Shown: one piece after another, positions 36,181 to 49,796 of the stretch
How positions within the stretch are numbered: the first letter of the stretch is position 1
Layout: every line of letters begins with the position of its first letter
Source of the DNA: Octopus sinensis
Lineage: Eukaryota
Reading direction: 5' to 3'
Length of the DNA stretch: 64,000 bases
Assembly (NCBI RefSeq): GCF_006345805.1
Contig: NC_043004.1
Location: forward strand, 93,496,001 to 93,560,000
Translations under genes and position numbers: made by a program
The notes under the pieces: model-generated
Told to the model about the DNA's origin: nothing
Databases searched by the model: none
Seen by the model: only the letters and a program-made list of their open reading frames with translations

Positions 36181-37499
36181 AGTGTTCATTAATAAGCCAT
36201 TTTTACTATATATGTGTGTGTGTGTGTGTGTGTGCGCCTATGTAGAATGATTACTGAAAATTGCAGTAAGTTTCCATACTTCAATACCTTTCAAATTCAC
36301 TTCATATATTGGACACTGTTGCAAAAATGGTGTGTACATATTTCAAAATTGCCCTTTCACACACTTCAGTAGTCAACTGGGCTAGCGTTTATCTGTAGTT
36401 TGAGTTGTTTTAAGTCAATGATAAAAGAAAAATGTTCTCATCTAGATAATACAGCAGTCAAACACAGAACAACCTTTTCATCAGAGAAAGAGTTTCTTAA
36501 ATTGTTAAACTTTGAACTGGAACTCAACTAACCTATTGAGCAAGATCGTCAGTATTTCCTATAAAGAATACCTGATTAGATGACAAACTTGGTATGGAGT
36601 AAAGCAAATAAAAGGAGAAATTTTGTTTGGAATGTCATAGAAAATATAATCTGATTTAATAAAGGTTTGGGGGGTTTCTTTTCAATGGAAATCGAAATAT
36701 CCATCATTTCAGAGAAGGAAGCAGTTGTGATCAATGAAGGGAGTTGGCTTCAGTTAGGAATCAATAGTAACTCCTCGACTCCAAATTCCAGGAGGTTACT
36801 AAGAAGTTATAGATATACCTTGGTGCAATCATGAATAAATAATTCAAAAATAAATAATAATGGTTTTGAACTTTGGCACAACCCTTTGGAGAGGGTTACA
36901 GTTGATTGCATCAATCCTCAGTATATAGCAGGTACCTATTTTATTAATGCCCTTTCTCCCAGACAATAATAGACAAGATGATACTCTAAGATTTCAACTC
37001 AGAATGTTGAGGATTGAAAATAAATACTATAAGTCATTCAATCTGGCATATACCTGAGCTAATGAAGGAACCTCTACATGGTTGCTCAACCTGTTAAAAA
37101 TAGCAGACAAATCACTCATGCTATCTTAAAACAAAACACATAACCTAGTGCTAATGAAACTAACCATCATTAAATAATAAAATGGATTTGATTCCTGATC
37201 AACATGTACTGTGTCTTTGGGCAGGGCACTTTACTTCATGTTCCTCCAATCTGCTCAGCTGGCGGACATAAGTATGAAGTCTCACAGAGCACCTGGTCAG
37301 TGTCAAGATAGAGCAGCAGCATTAACAAATCAATGGTTTGACCAAATTCAAGTAAGAAGAGGATATGTCCAGCAGTAGACTGCTTTATCCTACCAAGAAA
37401 TATACATCAACTTAGGAAAGATAATTCCTTCTCCGCAAGAGAAAGTTAAAATATCACCATGCATCTCAGCTTCAGAATTAAAGGAAACAACACTTTAAA

Positions 37500-37724
37500 T
37501 ATATTTCTTTACTGCCCACAAGGGGTTAAACACAGAGGGACAAACAAGGACAGACAAACAGATTAAATCGACCCCAGTGTGTAACTGGTACTTTATTTAT
37601 CGTCCCCGAAAGGATGAAAGGCAAAGTCGACCTTGGCGGAATTTGAACTCACAACGTAACGACAGACGAAATACGGCTACACATTTCGCCCGGCATGCTA
37701 ACGTTTCTGCCAGCTCGCCACCTT
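37500..37724 (-). mobile_element. SINE family C
   Basis: Full-length match. Confidence 0.9.
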
Positions 37725-37731
37725 AAATAAC

Positions 37732-37955
37732 GTGAGGTATACTTTCCATCTCAATATGGCTAACCACTAAGGGTGGGTGTTACTGTAGCTTGTAGCCCCA
37801 GGAGAACATTGTCTCCAGCTGGCTTTAGGCACACTTTCTGTGCCCTTATGGTATTTGCCTAAAGCCAGCTGGAGACGATGTTCTCCTGGGACTACAAGCT
37901 ACAGTAACACCCACCCTTAGTGGTGAGCCATATTGAGATGGCAAGTATACCTCAC
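37732..37955. repeat. Inverted repeat: 100-bp arms, 24-nt loop
   Basis: 37732-37831 versus 37856-37955; 4 mismatches. Confidence 0.95.
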
Positions 37956-39049
37956 ATTGTCATGCAGTTACTGTTTATACCTCGTTCAGAGATTTATTAT
38001 TACTTTAAATAATTATTTCTAACAAAGACACAACACTATAGATTTTGGTAAAAAGAAGCAGTTGATTACAATCAGGCCAGTACTTTGTTGGTACACTATC
38101 ATAATGATGCAAGAAGGAAAAGAAAATATTCACACAGTGAGTTTCGAACTCAAGATATAAAAGTATAACTAAATACAGCAAAAACCATTATTCAAAGTAC
38201 TAACAATCTGTTTAAATAATATTTCACAGCTTCACCACTGGAGGGAGCCAAGTATCACCTGACACTAAATACTGTTGCATTTTGTCTAGCATGCTATGAT
38301 TTGGTCATCCCCATCACCCTAGAAAGTCATCAATATTGATGTTGTTTAACCTGAAGAGAAAAAACCGATTGAGGAAACTTATGACAAAAGGCATTCTAGC
38401 CACGCCCATTCCATCTTATTTTCGAACTATGTATCCAGCACTATGTTTTTTAGTGTCCTTCCTTTTCTTAAGATGTGGGTTGAGTGAAATCAGCAGCTAT
38501 TTCAAGCATGTTGAAAAAACCATGTAGAAGCTTCTACATTGGCAATGTGGAGGTCTTCTGACCAGATACAAGTTCAATGTTTTAATAAGGGAGGGATATA
38601 GTCAACAACTGATCCTAATGTATTACTCATGTATATTTTATTGACCTCCCACAACTCACAGAGACAAAGTACATGAATCAAATTTACTTTACCAACCACA
38701 GGAAGGATACAGGACAGAGTCAACCATTGCAAGATTTCAATTCTAAACAGAGATCTGAAAAATGAATGATTCAGTATTACAACAATCCCTGTAAGTACCT
38801 GTGTTATGAGGAGATCACCCTTAGCAGCTACTACGTGGAAAGCAAGCTAGAAGTGAGACCAACAAGTGTCATATAACTCACTGATTTCTGATGCAGGATG
38901 GAAAGAATGAAGAAAATTTACAGTAACTGCTGCTTTAACTTAGATTCAAAGCTGTATAATAAACTAATGGCGTTAAACTGTTCTTTATAACAATGATTTT
39001 TTACAGACACAAGGTCTCAGACTTCAAGAGAAGGGAGCAGTCAAATACC

Positions 39050-39268
39050 TATTTCTTTATTACCCACAAGGGGCTAAACACAGAGGGGACAAACAAGGAC
39101 AGACACAGGTATTAAGTCGATTATATCAACCCCAGTGCGTAACTGGTACTTAATTTATCGACCCCGAAAGGATGAAAGGCAAAGTTGACCTCGGCGGAAT
39201 TTGAACTCACAATGTAACGCAGACGAAGTACCGCTAAGCATTTCGCCCGGCGTGCTAACATTTCTGCC
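39050..39268 (-). mobile_element. Family C SINE nested in an older related SINE, with a 14-bp TSD
   Basis: AGCAGTCAAATACC at 39036-39049 and 39269-39282. Confidence 0.85.
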
Positions 39269-42200
39269 AGCAGTCAAATACCATCGACCCCAGTACCTAA
39301 CTGGACTTCATTTTATCAATCCTGGAAGGATAGAAAGCAAAGTTAACCTTGGTAGGGTTTGAACTCAGAATGCAAAGAGCCAGAACAAATACCACAAGGC
39401 ATTTTGTCCAACACTCTAACAATTCTGCCAATTTACTGTTCTTCATAATTAGTTCTAATTTAGGCACAGGGCCAGCAATTTTGAAGAGAAATGGCTAGCT
39501 GATGTCATTGACCGCAAGACTTGACTGGTACTTTATTTTATTAAACCTCAGAGGGATGAAAGTAAAATTGACTTTATTGATATTTGAAGTCAGAATGTGA
39601 AAAGCCAGAATAACATGAGACATTTAGTTTTGATATTCTAATGATTCTGCTTATCTGCTGTTCTTTATAAAAATGACAACAAAATGGGTGAGGCAGTTTG
39701 CTCTTCTCTGACCCCATGTCACAGGAGTGTAAGAATCAGCCATAGCCCAATATATTTAATAATACACCCATATATAGATAAAAGTCCTCATACTTTTACT
39801 TGGGAGGAGAAATGAGACTGTGGGATGTTCATGCCATGATCAAAGACACTAGTGATGTAAATGAATTGGCTTAAAACGGACAAAGAAACTGAAATAGCCT
39901 GACTCAACTCTACATCACACACACACTAAATATATATATATACATGCAAAGAGAGGTAGAATAATGACCCATCACATTTTCTGCTGTTTTCATTCCAAAA
40001 ACCATACTTATACTACAGCACATAATTTAAAGAAGAATTTCATCAGAAAGAAATTTATATTTATATGTATATACATACATACATACACACACACATGTAA
40101 ACATACAAACATACACACACATATGCACTCAGAGCTATTGATTTAAATTAGTAAGTTTAACAGTGCCATCTTGCTATTCATCTGTCAGCCAACAGCTGAG
40201 GACAGAGAACAGTGAGATGGCACTGGTAGAGAAATATCTTTGCTTTAATAAATGCATATATCTGGCAAGTGACCGAATAGATAGACTTCAGGTTCTAGAA
40301 ATTTCTTTTCACATGATCAGACAAATAAAATTAAATAAAAATATAACAATATGAAGTAAAATATTAAAAACAAAACAACCCAACAAACAAACAAACATGT
40401 ATCACTTTAATGAAGGTTTCCAAGTCAACAGACATGGTAACACACTAGAATTTCTTTACAATTTTATTTTCAAAAGGCATATTTTCACCTTTCCAGACAT
40501 CTCTGTAAGTGAACATCCAAAATCATCTTCCATCCTCTGTTTGTTAATCAAAATCAGGCCAGTCAAGTCTGAGCCAAAACCCAGTGCAGCTACTCAACTT
40601 TCTATAGAAGAAATTGTTGTGCCAGACAACATGACCATAGGACTAAATAACAGTAAATGAATCAAAGTGTTAGACTCATTAAACGAGTCTAGCCAAGATA
40701 TAACCATATGATATAACTATTTGATGGTTAGTTAGAAATATTTTGTCCAACAGGCATATAACATTGCTTTCAAGTTTTATAACAAGGCCAGCAATTTTTG
40801 GGGGGAGGGACAGATCCATTGGATCAATCCCAGTGCTCAACTAATTTTGTATTGACCCCGAAAAGGATGAAAGGCAAAGTCAACCTCAGCAGAATTTGAA
40901 CTTGAAATGTAAAGATGGTCGAAATACCACTAAGCATTTTGCCTGGCATGCTAACAATTTTGCCAGCAGGTATATGATATTGAAAATCAAATCTATTGAA
41001 CACTTTCGAAGGTGTAGGGGTTATAGAACAGTGCAGTATAGACATGCAAACCCTATGATAGTTCCATGAACATTTTGGTAGAAAAGACTACTAATTCCCA
41101 GTAATCTATCAGAGTGTGAGCAATTATCAATGTCATATGGATGACTAGTCTATGAAGTCTTTGAAAAAGATGAAACTAGCAGACAGAAATGACCTGGTGA
41201 GAAAACCTATCAAAGAAGACATCCTGTTATTTGATGACATGAAATTTGACATAGAGAAACATTCAGTTGATGTTGGTAAGTATGGACAAGTTGTTGCTTT
41301 AACCCTTTTGATAGCAACCTACATGAAACCAGATTCTTTTGATACAAACTTCATCTTTTAAAGTGATCTAAGCAAAAAAAAAACAAAAACAAAAAACTTC
41401 TTAAGACCAGCTTAATACTAAGTTATTTTACTAAATTCTTCATTATTTTCAAAATTAAATGAAGCCAAGTTAGTGCATTTCAGCAGAAATGTAGTAACAA
41501 AAGGGCTAACAGATAAATTTAAAATGAATATCCTGATTCCTTCTATCACATCATAAACAGATTCAAAGACAAGTATCACCAAATTTCAAGCCTTTTTTTT
41601 GTTATAAAATGATTGTTATTCATATAATGTTTCTTAAAGAATAAAAAGAAGAAAAAAAACCCAAACTGGTGCTAGTGTAGTCTAACTAAACTCAAATAAA
41701 ACATCCACAAGGCTGTGGATAATTAGCAGAATTGTTAAGTGTCAGACAAAATGTTTATATTTAGTTACAGCCACTTACATGAGAAGATGGCATTACAAGT
41801 AATTAAAACTAATATCATCATCATCATCATCATCATCAATCATAATAAAGCACAACAAAGAAATAGTACTCTGTCAACACAACACTCTTGCTTCAGTTTA
41901 CCTTTGAAGAATAACGGCGAATTGCTCAGTTCCTGTTCTTCAGCTCTTTGCAGAAGCATCATCATCTGTCTGCTTGGTTATGGCTTAAACAGAATCACCA
42001 TAGTCAACAATTGATACTGTTTTCAAAGTACAAAAGTAAATTTTAGGACATCTGTATGCCACAACAAACAGTGATCAGATTTGAAAATTTTAATCGAATA
42101 TTATTATCCACCATGTACTTACTATCTAGGTCTATACGAGGTGTAATGCTTGTAGGTTATCCCTAATTATACGAAGTACCAAAGCTGATAAAGGTCAACA

Positions 42201-42412
42201 ACAGTAAAATAATAACAACTATGTAGGCTATTGCTTTTGAGATTCCCTGGATCAGTACTATAATAATAATAATAATAATAATAATAATGTGTACAGTGCT
42301 CAGGTGCACTACAACTCATCTAAAGTGTATATATAATCAGGTGTAGTTTCGGCGGATTTCGGTATATCTATATAAAAGAAAGTGGGTTGATTAATAGTTT
42401 AGGAACAACCTC

Positions 42413-42535
<123 letters not shown>

Positions 42536-42599
42536 AGTTGCTTGTTTTACTCATTTTAGTAGGCAATCTGCTGAAGAAAACTCATAATTATCATTTTAA

Positions 42600-43036
42600 T
42601 CCTTTAGCATTTAAACTGGCCGTAATATATCTGCTCCAAATATTCTACTTGTATTATGTTCAAACTAGCGAGATCTGACCTCTCACACCTACTCTACAAT
42701 GTCATTCTAAAAATATACAAGCACATCATTGAAATATGAAAGCTACAAGATAATGCATGATTAAATAAAGCTAATGTGAATACACAAGAATTAAATTTGA
42801 GCGAATATTCTGAATGCTAAGTGGTTAAAAGAACAATCAATTATTTAACCCTTTAAGCATTCAGATTACTCTGTCAAAAGTAATGTCTATTGATTCATAT
42901 TGTTTTGTATTAATCATGCATTAGCCATTGTATTATTCTTGTAGCTTCAAGATTTTGATGATATGATTGTTTATTTGTAGATGACATTGTCGGGTAGGTG
43001 TGAGAGGCTGGATCAGATTGGTTTAAATGCTAAAGG
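42600..43036. mobile_element. Two piggyBac-like MITEs in opposite orientation, 24 bp apart
   Basis: TTAA-flanked copies 42600-42824 (+) and 42849-43036 (-) of the element at 55071-55290. Confidence 0.7.
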
Positions 43037-43667
43037 TTAAAGCAAGAATTCTAATATGGTATAGCATTCATGCAATGAAGACATGGTCAATCAGATAGCT
43101 TTTCAAATACTGATAGAAAAATGTTGCTCTGTGGATTAGTCCCAACATAGGTTTAGTGACACTATGGAAATCAACACATTGTGATTTGGCAGCCAAGATT
43201 AAGAATTGACTGCCTACCACCAATATCAACTTAATGTTTCCATTTTAATATATTTGACATATGTATAGATATATGTGAAGGTGCTGGAAATGAATTTATT
43301 AAATCTTTAGCAAAGTCTCATAGAGAAAGTTGAGCGCTAAATAATGGATATAATGTAGAGACAGAAGAAGTAGAAACATTCATCACACATGTTGCAAACA
43401 GTACATATTTCTCTCTAAGTATGTACTGAGCACTTAAATGGTTTCACATGTGATAATGCAAAGATGCTCATATAGGTACATAGATATACATGAACATATA
43501 TGTTTACAAGTTTCTTGCTAAAAGTGGTCTTCAAATCAGAAAATCAGAACAACCAATATGACTCATAGAAACATAAATACTCTATTGCCTCAGTAATGAA
43601 TAAGTTTTTCCTCTGTACAAAGTATACTGAGTAGTAGCTACTATAATTTTATATATATGTATATAAC

Positions 43668-44045
43668 TTGTTATATTTTGGGACGGTCACTTTCTTTTTT
43701 GCCAAATAACCACATGCACTGTATGTACATTCTTTACTTCAGTTTAATTCAGACAAAGGACACTAAAATAAGAATAATATTATTTTAGAGTCCTTTGTCT
43801 GAAATCTTTTGTCACACATCTCGTAACCTCTTCGGTGACTCCGTCTCACATGTCCCCTAAACAAGACAGGAGGAGACACGTGGGAATGAAAGTTGCATGA
43901 TGTCTGAGAAAAGATTTGAAACAAAGGACACTAAAATAAGAAAAATAACAAAGCTGAAGTGAAGAAGAAGTATATAGTGCATGTGATTATTTGGAAGTAA
44001 AAAGAATAAAGAGAAAAAAAAATATGACCACCCTGAAATGTAACA
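43668..44045. mobile_element. Degenerate TIR element (Tc1/mariner-like MITE?)
   Basis: Degenerate terminal inverted blocks (CCAAATAA.CACATGCACT); internal 22-bp hairpin at 43750-43801. Confidence 0.4.
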
Positions 44046-45689
44046 ATGTCTGCTTCAACATACAATTTCACAGCAGGGATTTTGTAAAACAAATACATAA
44101 ACGTGCATATATTTAATTTAATAAAATTAATAAATTTCACAAAATTAAAAATTAATTACCAAATATGGTCTTTTTCATACCGATAAAACTACTAGGTGAA
44201 ATTTATTAATTTTATTAAATTAATTATATTTCACCCTTTTTGTATATATATATATTCATCCATTCATTCCATTCTGTGTGTGCATGTGCATACATATACA
44301 CATGCTTGTCATGTTTTTTGTGTGTGTGGAGATTGTTCATTGTACGCAGTTGTGACTGTTAGTGAAATTGTGTAGAGGTGAACATATATTTGTGTGTCAA
44401 AGAAAAACTAGGATTGTACAAAAACACACCTAAAAATTTTGATACTGTCAAACACAAAGAGCTACATGAGTAAATTATATATATATATAAAAATATATAT
44501 ATATATATATAACCTTATCAAGTGCATTTAAGCCTTCAAATCTTCAATAACTAGGTGTTTAGGTGCTTGACTCCTAACTTGGATTTTCAGTACTTGAATT
44601 TCATTTTTATTGGCATATGCACTCTCTCTCTCTCTCTCTCACACACAGAACAGAGACGGAAAAATGGTAAACAACTATTGGTTGATTTGCTGAAATGCTA
44701 TTTGCTGAAATCATCATGATTTGAGAAAACATGAAGACATCCTATTAGGTTCCATTAAATAATCCAATGCCACAGATGTGTTAAATAAACCACCATGATT
44801 ACATGTGGTAAATCAATCACAGTGGCTACATGTAGTAAACAGACAGCACTGATAGCATGGTGGTAAGTAAACTGCAATGATTACATGTGCCAAATAAGCC
44901 ACATGAATTGGATGCGGTATACAAGCAATATACTGAGTCTGCACAAATCCAGGTGGTATGGATGGTTAACAGTAACAGTCTTTCAATGATTCAAAAGAAC
45001 TGCTAAGTGCAACAAATTAACCAAACTGAAATATCTTTTATAGAATCTGAATATGGTGTGTGTGTGTGTGTGTGTGTATATATGCACACCAGTGTAACTT
45101 TCATGTTGATAAGATTATATATTATGTGTGTGTATAAAACAAGGTATTACATTTGTGACTTTTTTCATTTCTCCTGCATACTGCTTCATAAACAATTAAC
45201 AACTTAATTTATTTTTAAAATAGAAAAAAATAATAAAAATAAAAATAGAACCAGATTTAATCAGGGTTAATCTGAAATTATCAAAAGATGAAAACTTTAG
45301 TTCATGTTCAATTTGAAATTATTAAAATGTTTATGTATTTTTTATGTAAAGTATAAATAAGAATACAAGAAATAAAAATTTGAAATATGAAAATTAAAAT
45401 AAAGTTTAGTTTAGTTTTCTCTCTTTTATTTTTTTTTAATTAAGAAATTGAAAATAATAATAAAAATAATCATAATGATATTTTACTACCTTAGGCACAA
45501 AGCAATAATTGTGTGTGGCTGGAGAAGAAGATGAATAATCGATCAGATTGATTCCAGGACTCAGCTGGTATTTTATTTTATTGATTGTGGAAAAATGAAA
45601 GACAAAATTGGCCTTGACAAGATTTAAATATAAAATGTGAGGAGAGATAACTAAACACTTTACCCATCACTTACTGATTCTGCCACTCA

Positions 45690-46820
45690 TAATAATAATA
45701 ATAATAATAATAATCATAATAATAATAATGGTTTCAAATTTTGGCAGAATTTTAAAGGGGAAGGACTTAGTTGATATCATCAACTCCAGTACTTGACTGG
45801 TACTTTATTTTATTGACATTGAAAAGCTGAAAGGCAAAGCTGACTTCATTGGAATTTGAACTCAGAACATAGCCAGTCAAAAAAAAAAAAAAAAATACTG
45901 CAAAGTATTTCTTCCAATGTGCTTTAATCATAATAATGATAATAGTAATAATAATCCTTTCTACAATAGGCACAAGTCCTGAAACGTGGCAGGGAGGGGG
46001 CTGGCCAATTACACTGATGCCAGAGCTCAACTGTTACTTATTTTATTGACCTCTGAAAGGATGAAAGCCAAAGTCAACCTTGGTAGAATTTGAACTCAAA
46101 ATGTAAAGACAGATGAAAGGCTGTTAAGCATTCTGTCTGGCATGCTAACAATTCTGCCAGCTTGCTACCTTAAAAAAAAAAATTAAAAGAAAATATAATA
46201 ATAATATTTTCTATTAAAGGCACAAGACCTGATATTTTGTGGGAAGGGGCATGTTGATTACATTGGCCCTCAGTTGGTACTTACTTTATCAGCCCCAAAA
46301 GGATGAAAGGCAAAGTTGTCAATCTCAGCAGAATTGTTGAATAATGAAAATAATAATAATAATGCAATTATATGTTTATATTATGAAATTAAGCTCAAAT
46401 GACCCACAGAGTTCATTGAAATAATGAAAGTGAACAACTAAAAGTCGTAACAAGTACTCACTTTCTAATTCTATGTCACAGGGTCAGTCAGTCATTTCGT
46501 TTTTAAATATCAAAATGTATTCCTTGCTAAAGGCTGGAGTACTTTTTTTTTAAAAAAAAGTTAACATAGAATAAAGAAATTTAACAATAAAATTTTTGAT
46601 AAAATTTAATAATGATGATAATAATTATTCTAATTTTTGGCACAAGACCAGTGATTTTGAGGAGAGGGGAAGTTGATTACACCGACCCCAGTACTCAACT
46701 GGTACATATTTCATTGACCCTGAAAGAATACAAAGCAAAGTTGACATCAGCAGTATTTGAGCTCAGAATGTAAACCTCGATGAAACGCAGCTAAACATTT
46801 TGTTTGGTAATGATTCTGCC

Positions 46821-46861
<41 letters not shown>

Positions 46862-47969
46862 CATAATAATAATAATGGTTTCAAATTTTGGCAGAATTTT
46901 AAAGGGGAAGGACTTAGTTGATATCATCAACTCCAGTACTTGACTGGTACTTTATTTTATTGACATTGAAAAGCTGAAAGGCAAAGCTGACTTCATTGGA
47001 ATTTGAACTCAGAACATAGCCAGTCAAAAAAAAAAAAAAAAATACTGCAAAGTATTTCTTCCAATGTGCTTTAATCATAATAATGATAATAGTAATAATA
47101 ATCCTTTCTACAATAGGCACAAGTCCTGAAACGTGGCAGGGAGGGGGCTGGCCAATTACACTGATGCCAGAGCTCAACTGTTACTTATTTTATTGACCTC
47201 TGAAAGGATGAAAGGCCAAAGTCAACCTTGGTAGAATTTGAACTCAAAATGTAAAGACAGATGAAAGGCTGTTAAGCATTCTGTCTGGCATGCTAACAAT
47301 TCTGCCAGCTTGCTACCTTAAAAAAAAAAATTAAAAGAAAATATAATAATAATATTTTCTATTAAAGGCACAAGACCTGATATTTTGTGGGAAGGGGCAT
47401 GTTGATTACATTGGCCCTCAGTTGGTACTTACTTTATCAGCCCCAAAAGGATGAAAGGCAAAGTTGTCAATCTCAGCAGAATTTGTTGAATAATGAAAAT
47501 AATAATAATAATGCAATTATATGTTTATATTATGAAATTAAGCTCAAATGACCCACAGAGTTCATTGAAATAATGAAAGTGAACAACTAAAAGTCGTAAC
47601 AAGTACTCACTTTCTAATTCTATGTCACAGGGTCAGTCAGTCATTTCGTTTTTAAATATCAAAATGTATTCCTTGCTAAAGGCTGGAGTACTTTTTTTTT
47701 AAAAAAAAGTTAACATAGAATAAAGAAATTTAACAATAAAATTTTTGATAAAATTTAATAATGATGATAATAATTATTCTAATTTTTGGCACAAGACCAG
47801 TGATTTTGAGGAGAGGGGAAGTTGATTACACCGACCCCAGTACTCAACTGGTACATATTTCATTGACCCTGAAAGAATACAAAGCAAAGTTGACATCAGC
47901 AGTATTTGAGCTCAGAATGTAAACCTCGATGAAACGCAGCTAAACATTTTGTTTGGTAATGATTCTGCC

Positions 47970-47998
<29 letters not shown>
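45690..47998. repeat. Tandem duplication, unit about 1147-1149 bp, bounded by (AAT)n
   Basis: 45767 matches 46914 (offset 1147) and 46812 matches 47961 (offset 1149); two 1-bp indels seen. Confidence 0.97.
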
Positions 47999-48000
<2 letters not shown>

Positions 48001-48811
48001 GGATGGATATCAATTAATATTTAGACACTTTCTTTTGGAGAAATTTTGTCACTGAAATATGTTTCACTATTTCATTCCATTTAAAAGATATTTCAAGGTA
48101 TTCCACCAAAAATGGTTTAAATGCATTGTAAAGGTCAAACAATGAAACAAACAAATGAACAAAAATAAAACAAAAAACAAAGTGGATGAAATGAGAAAAT
48201 AATAAATAAAAATATAAAAGTGTAAACAAAATGAAGAAAATATATAGAAAAATTAGTTTTAAAAAATAAAATAGAACACACACGCACACACAAAAAGAAA
48301 GGGAAAAAATATGGACAAGAAAATAAATAATGTTGAAAATATATTGTCAGAAAGCAATTGGTATTGATTTGCTGTTTTATTGATTTGATGTGATGTGTAA
48401 ATATGGAGATATTTAGTGTTTTTTACCTATTAAATACTGGAGAGGAAGGTAGACTAGACATGGACATAATAAAACTATACATATTCAAAGGTTGTTGGGG
48501 TGTGTGTGTGTGTGTGTGTTTCTTGTTCCATCTTTCTTAGGTTAAGTGTGAGTGTGTGCATGGGTGTGTCTGTGTGTGTATGTGTAATAAGTCACTGAAA
48601 GTTATCAGATGAACAAACGCACCAGGAACTGGTAGTTGGTATATTTTGTTATTTATGTGTATATAAATGTGTGATCCCATGAATGTGTGTGTCTGTATAG
48701 AAGTGAATATAATACTATACATATACATACATATATATATATACACACATATATATATATATACACACATATATATATATATATACACTCACACATATAT
48801 ATATATATATT

Positions 48812-48915
48812 CTTTATTTAAAGCAGCAGAAAATTCTACAAAACCTGTTACTCTGAGTTTCACGTTGCCGTTCATCGGACAAGTTTTGTAGAATTTTCTG
48901 CTGCTTTAAATAAAG
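48812..48915 (-). ncRNA. Minimal type I hammerhead (U4C variant) inside a perfect 33-bp inverted repeat
   Basis: Minus strand: TTGT CCGATGA ACG-GCAA-CGT GAAA CTC-A-GAG TA ACAG; arms 48812-48844 and 48883-48915 extend stem I. Confidence 0.65.
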
Positions 48916-48995
48916 CATATTACTCGACCACTGGTATTTGAGTACTCTTTTTTTCCACCTTGTTTCACATTTATGTATTTACTCCGGTATATATA

Positions 48996-49085
<90 letters not shown>

Positions 49086-49796
49086 ACATATATATATACA
49101 CACACATACATACAGACACATACAGGGTAAAGAGAAATCACTGGTTATTGGAAAGAGGAAATGCAACAATTGTTGATAGTCTGTATGCATGTGTATATAT
49201 AAATGCATACACACACATACACACATCCATGTATGTATATGGTAAAAATATATTCATGGGATGCTGGGAGGTTGGGTGGGGAAATGCAACAATAGCTGAT
49301 AGTTTTATACATATATTTATACATATATATATATATATACACATACACACACTCACTATGTAGTAAAAAGTCTGTGGAGGTTGGCAAGTGGAAAAAATTG
49401 CAACAATAGCTGTAGGATTGAGCATGGTAGCAATAAGAATAACCTTAGTGACTACCCCACCCCAAATTTTTTTTTCTTTAACAACAACAACAATAAAAGG
49501 CAGAACAAGGATGACTGTCAGTAGCTGTCTGGTCGGGCTTGTCTTTCGTATTTCACACAAGGGAACTGTTTGGAGAATGTATCCGTCGAGCTCTGTCTTT
49601 ACTGAAAAGATAAAAGCAAGAAGAAAGGAATATTACAAATCTCTCTCGCACATACACAAACACACACAACAATGTTATGTCACTTAGTTTAAGACAAAAA
49701 TACATTGAGGATTAAATAATGTTACTTTCATTTATTTGATAATTAACAATATTTATAGAAAAAAGCCCATCGTATATCTATCTATCTATCTATATA

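Noticed and set aside
41149-41282. ORF MKSLKKMKLADRNDL... ending at a GTAAGT donor, and antisense VAIKRVK kinase-like motif
   Set aside because: Weak acceptor, no recognisable family; the VAIK string overlaps a TTAACCCTTT MITE end and lacks other kinase motifs.
45690-47998. Repeat-spacer appearance from interspersed GTCGA...ACCCCAGTAC motifs (CRISPR-like)
   Set aside because: Eukaryotic SINE fragments of irregular spacing plus a tandem duplication; no array or cas genes.
49553-49601. Possible minus-strand terminal exon (KDRARRIHSPNSSLV*) after a strong polypyrimidine acceptor at 49602
   Set aside because: No partner exons or homology could be established; similar isolated acceptors near 54012 and 55526 gave no consistent frame.
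48938-49687. Several ORFs of 67-141 aa on both strands
   Set aside because: Driven by (TA)n/(CA)n tracts and a short local GGAAATGCAACAAT repeat; no coherent protein.
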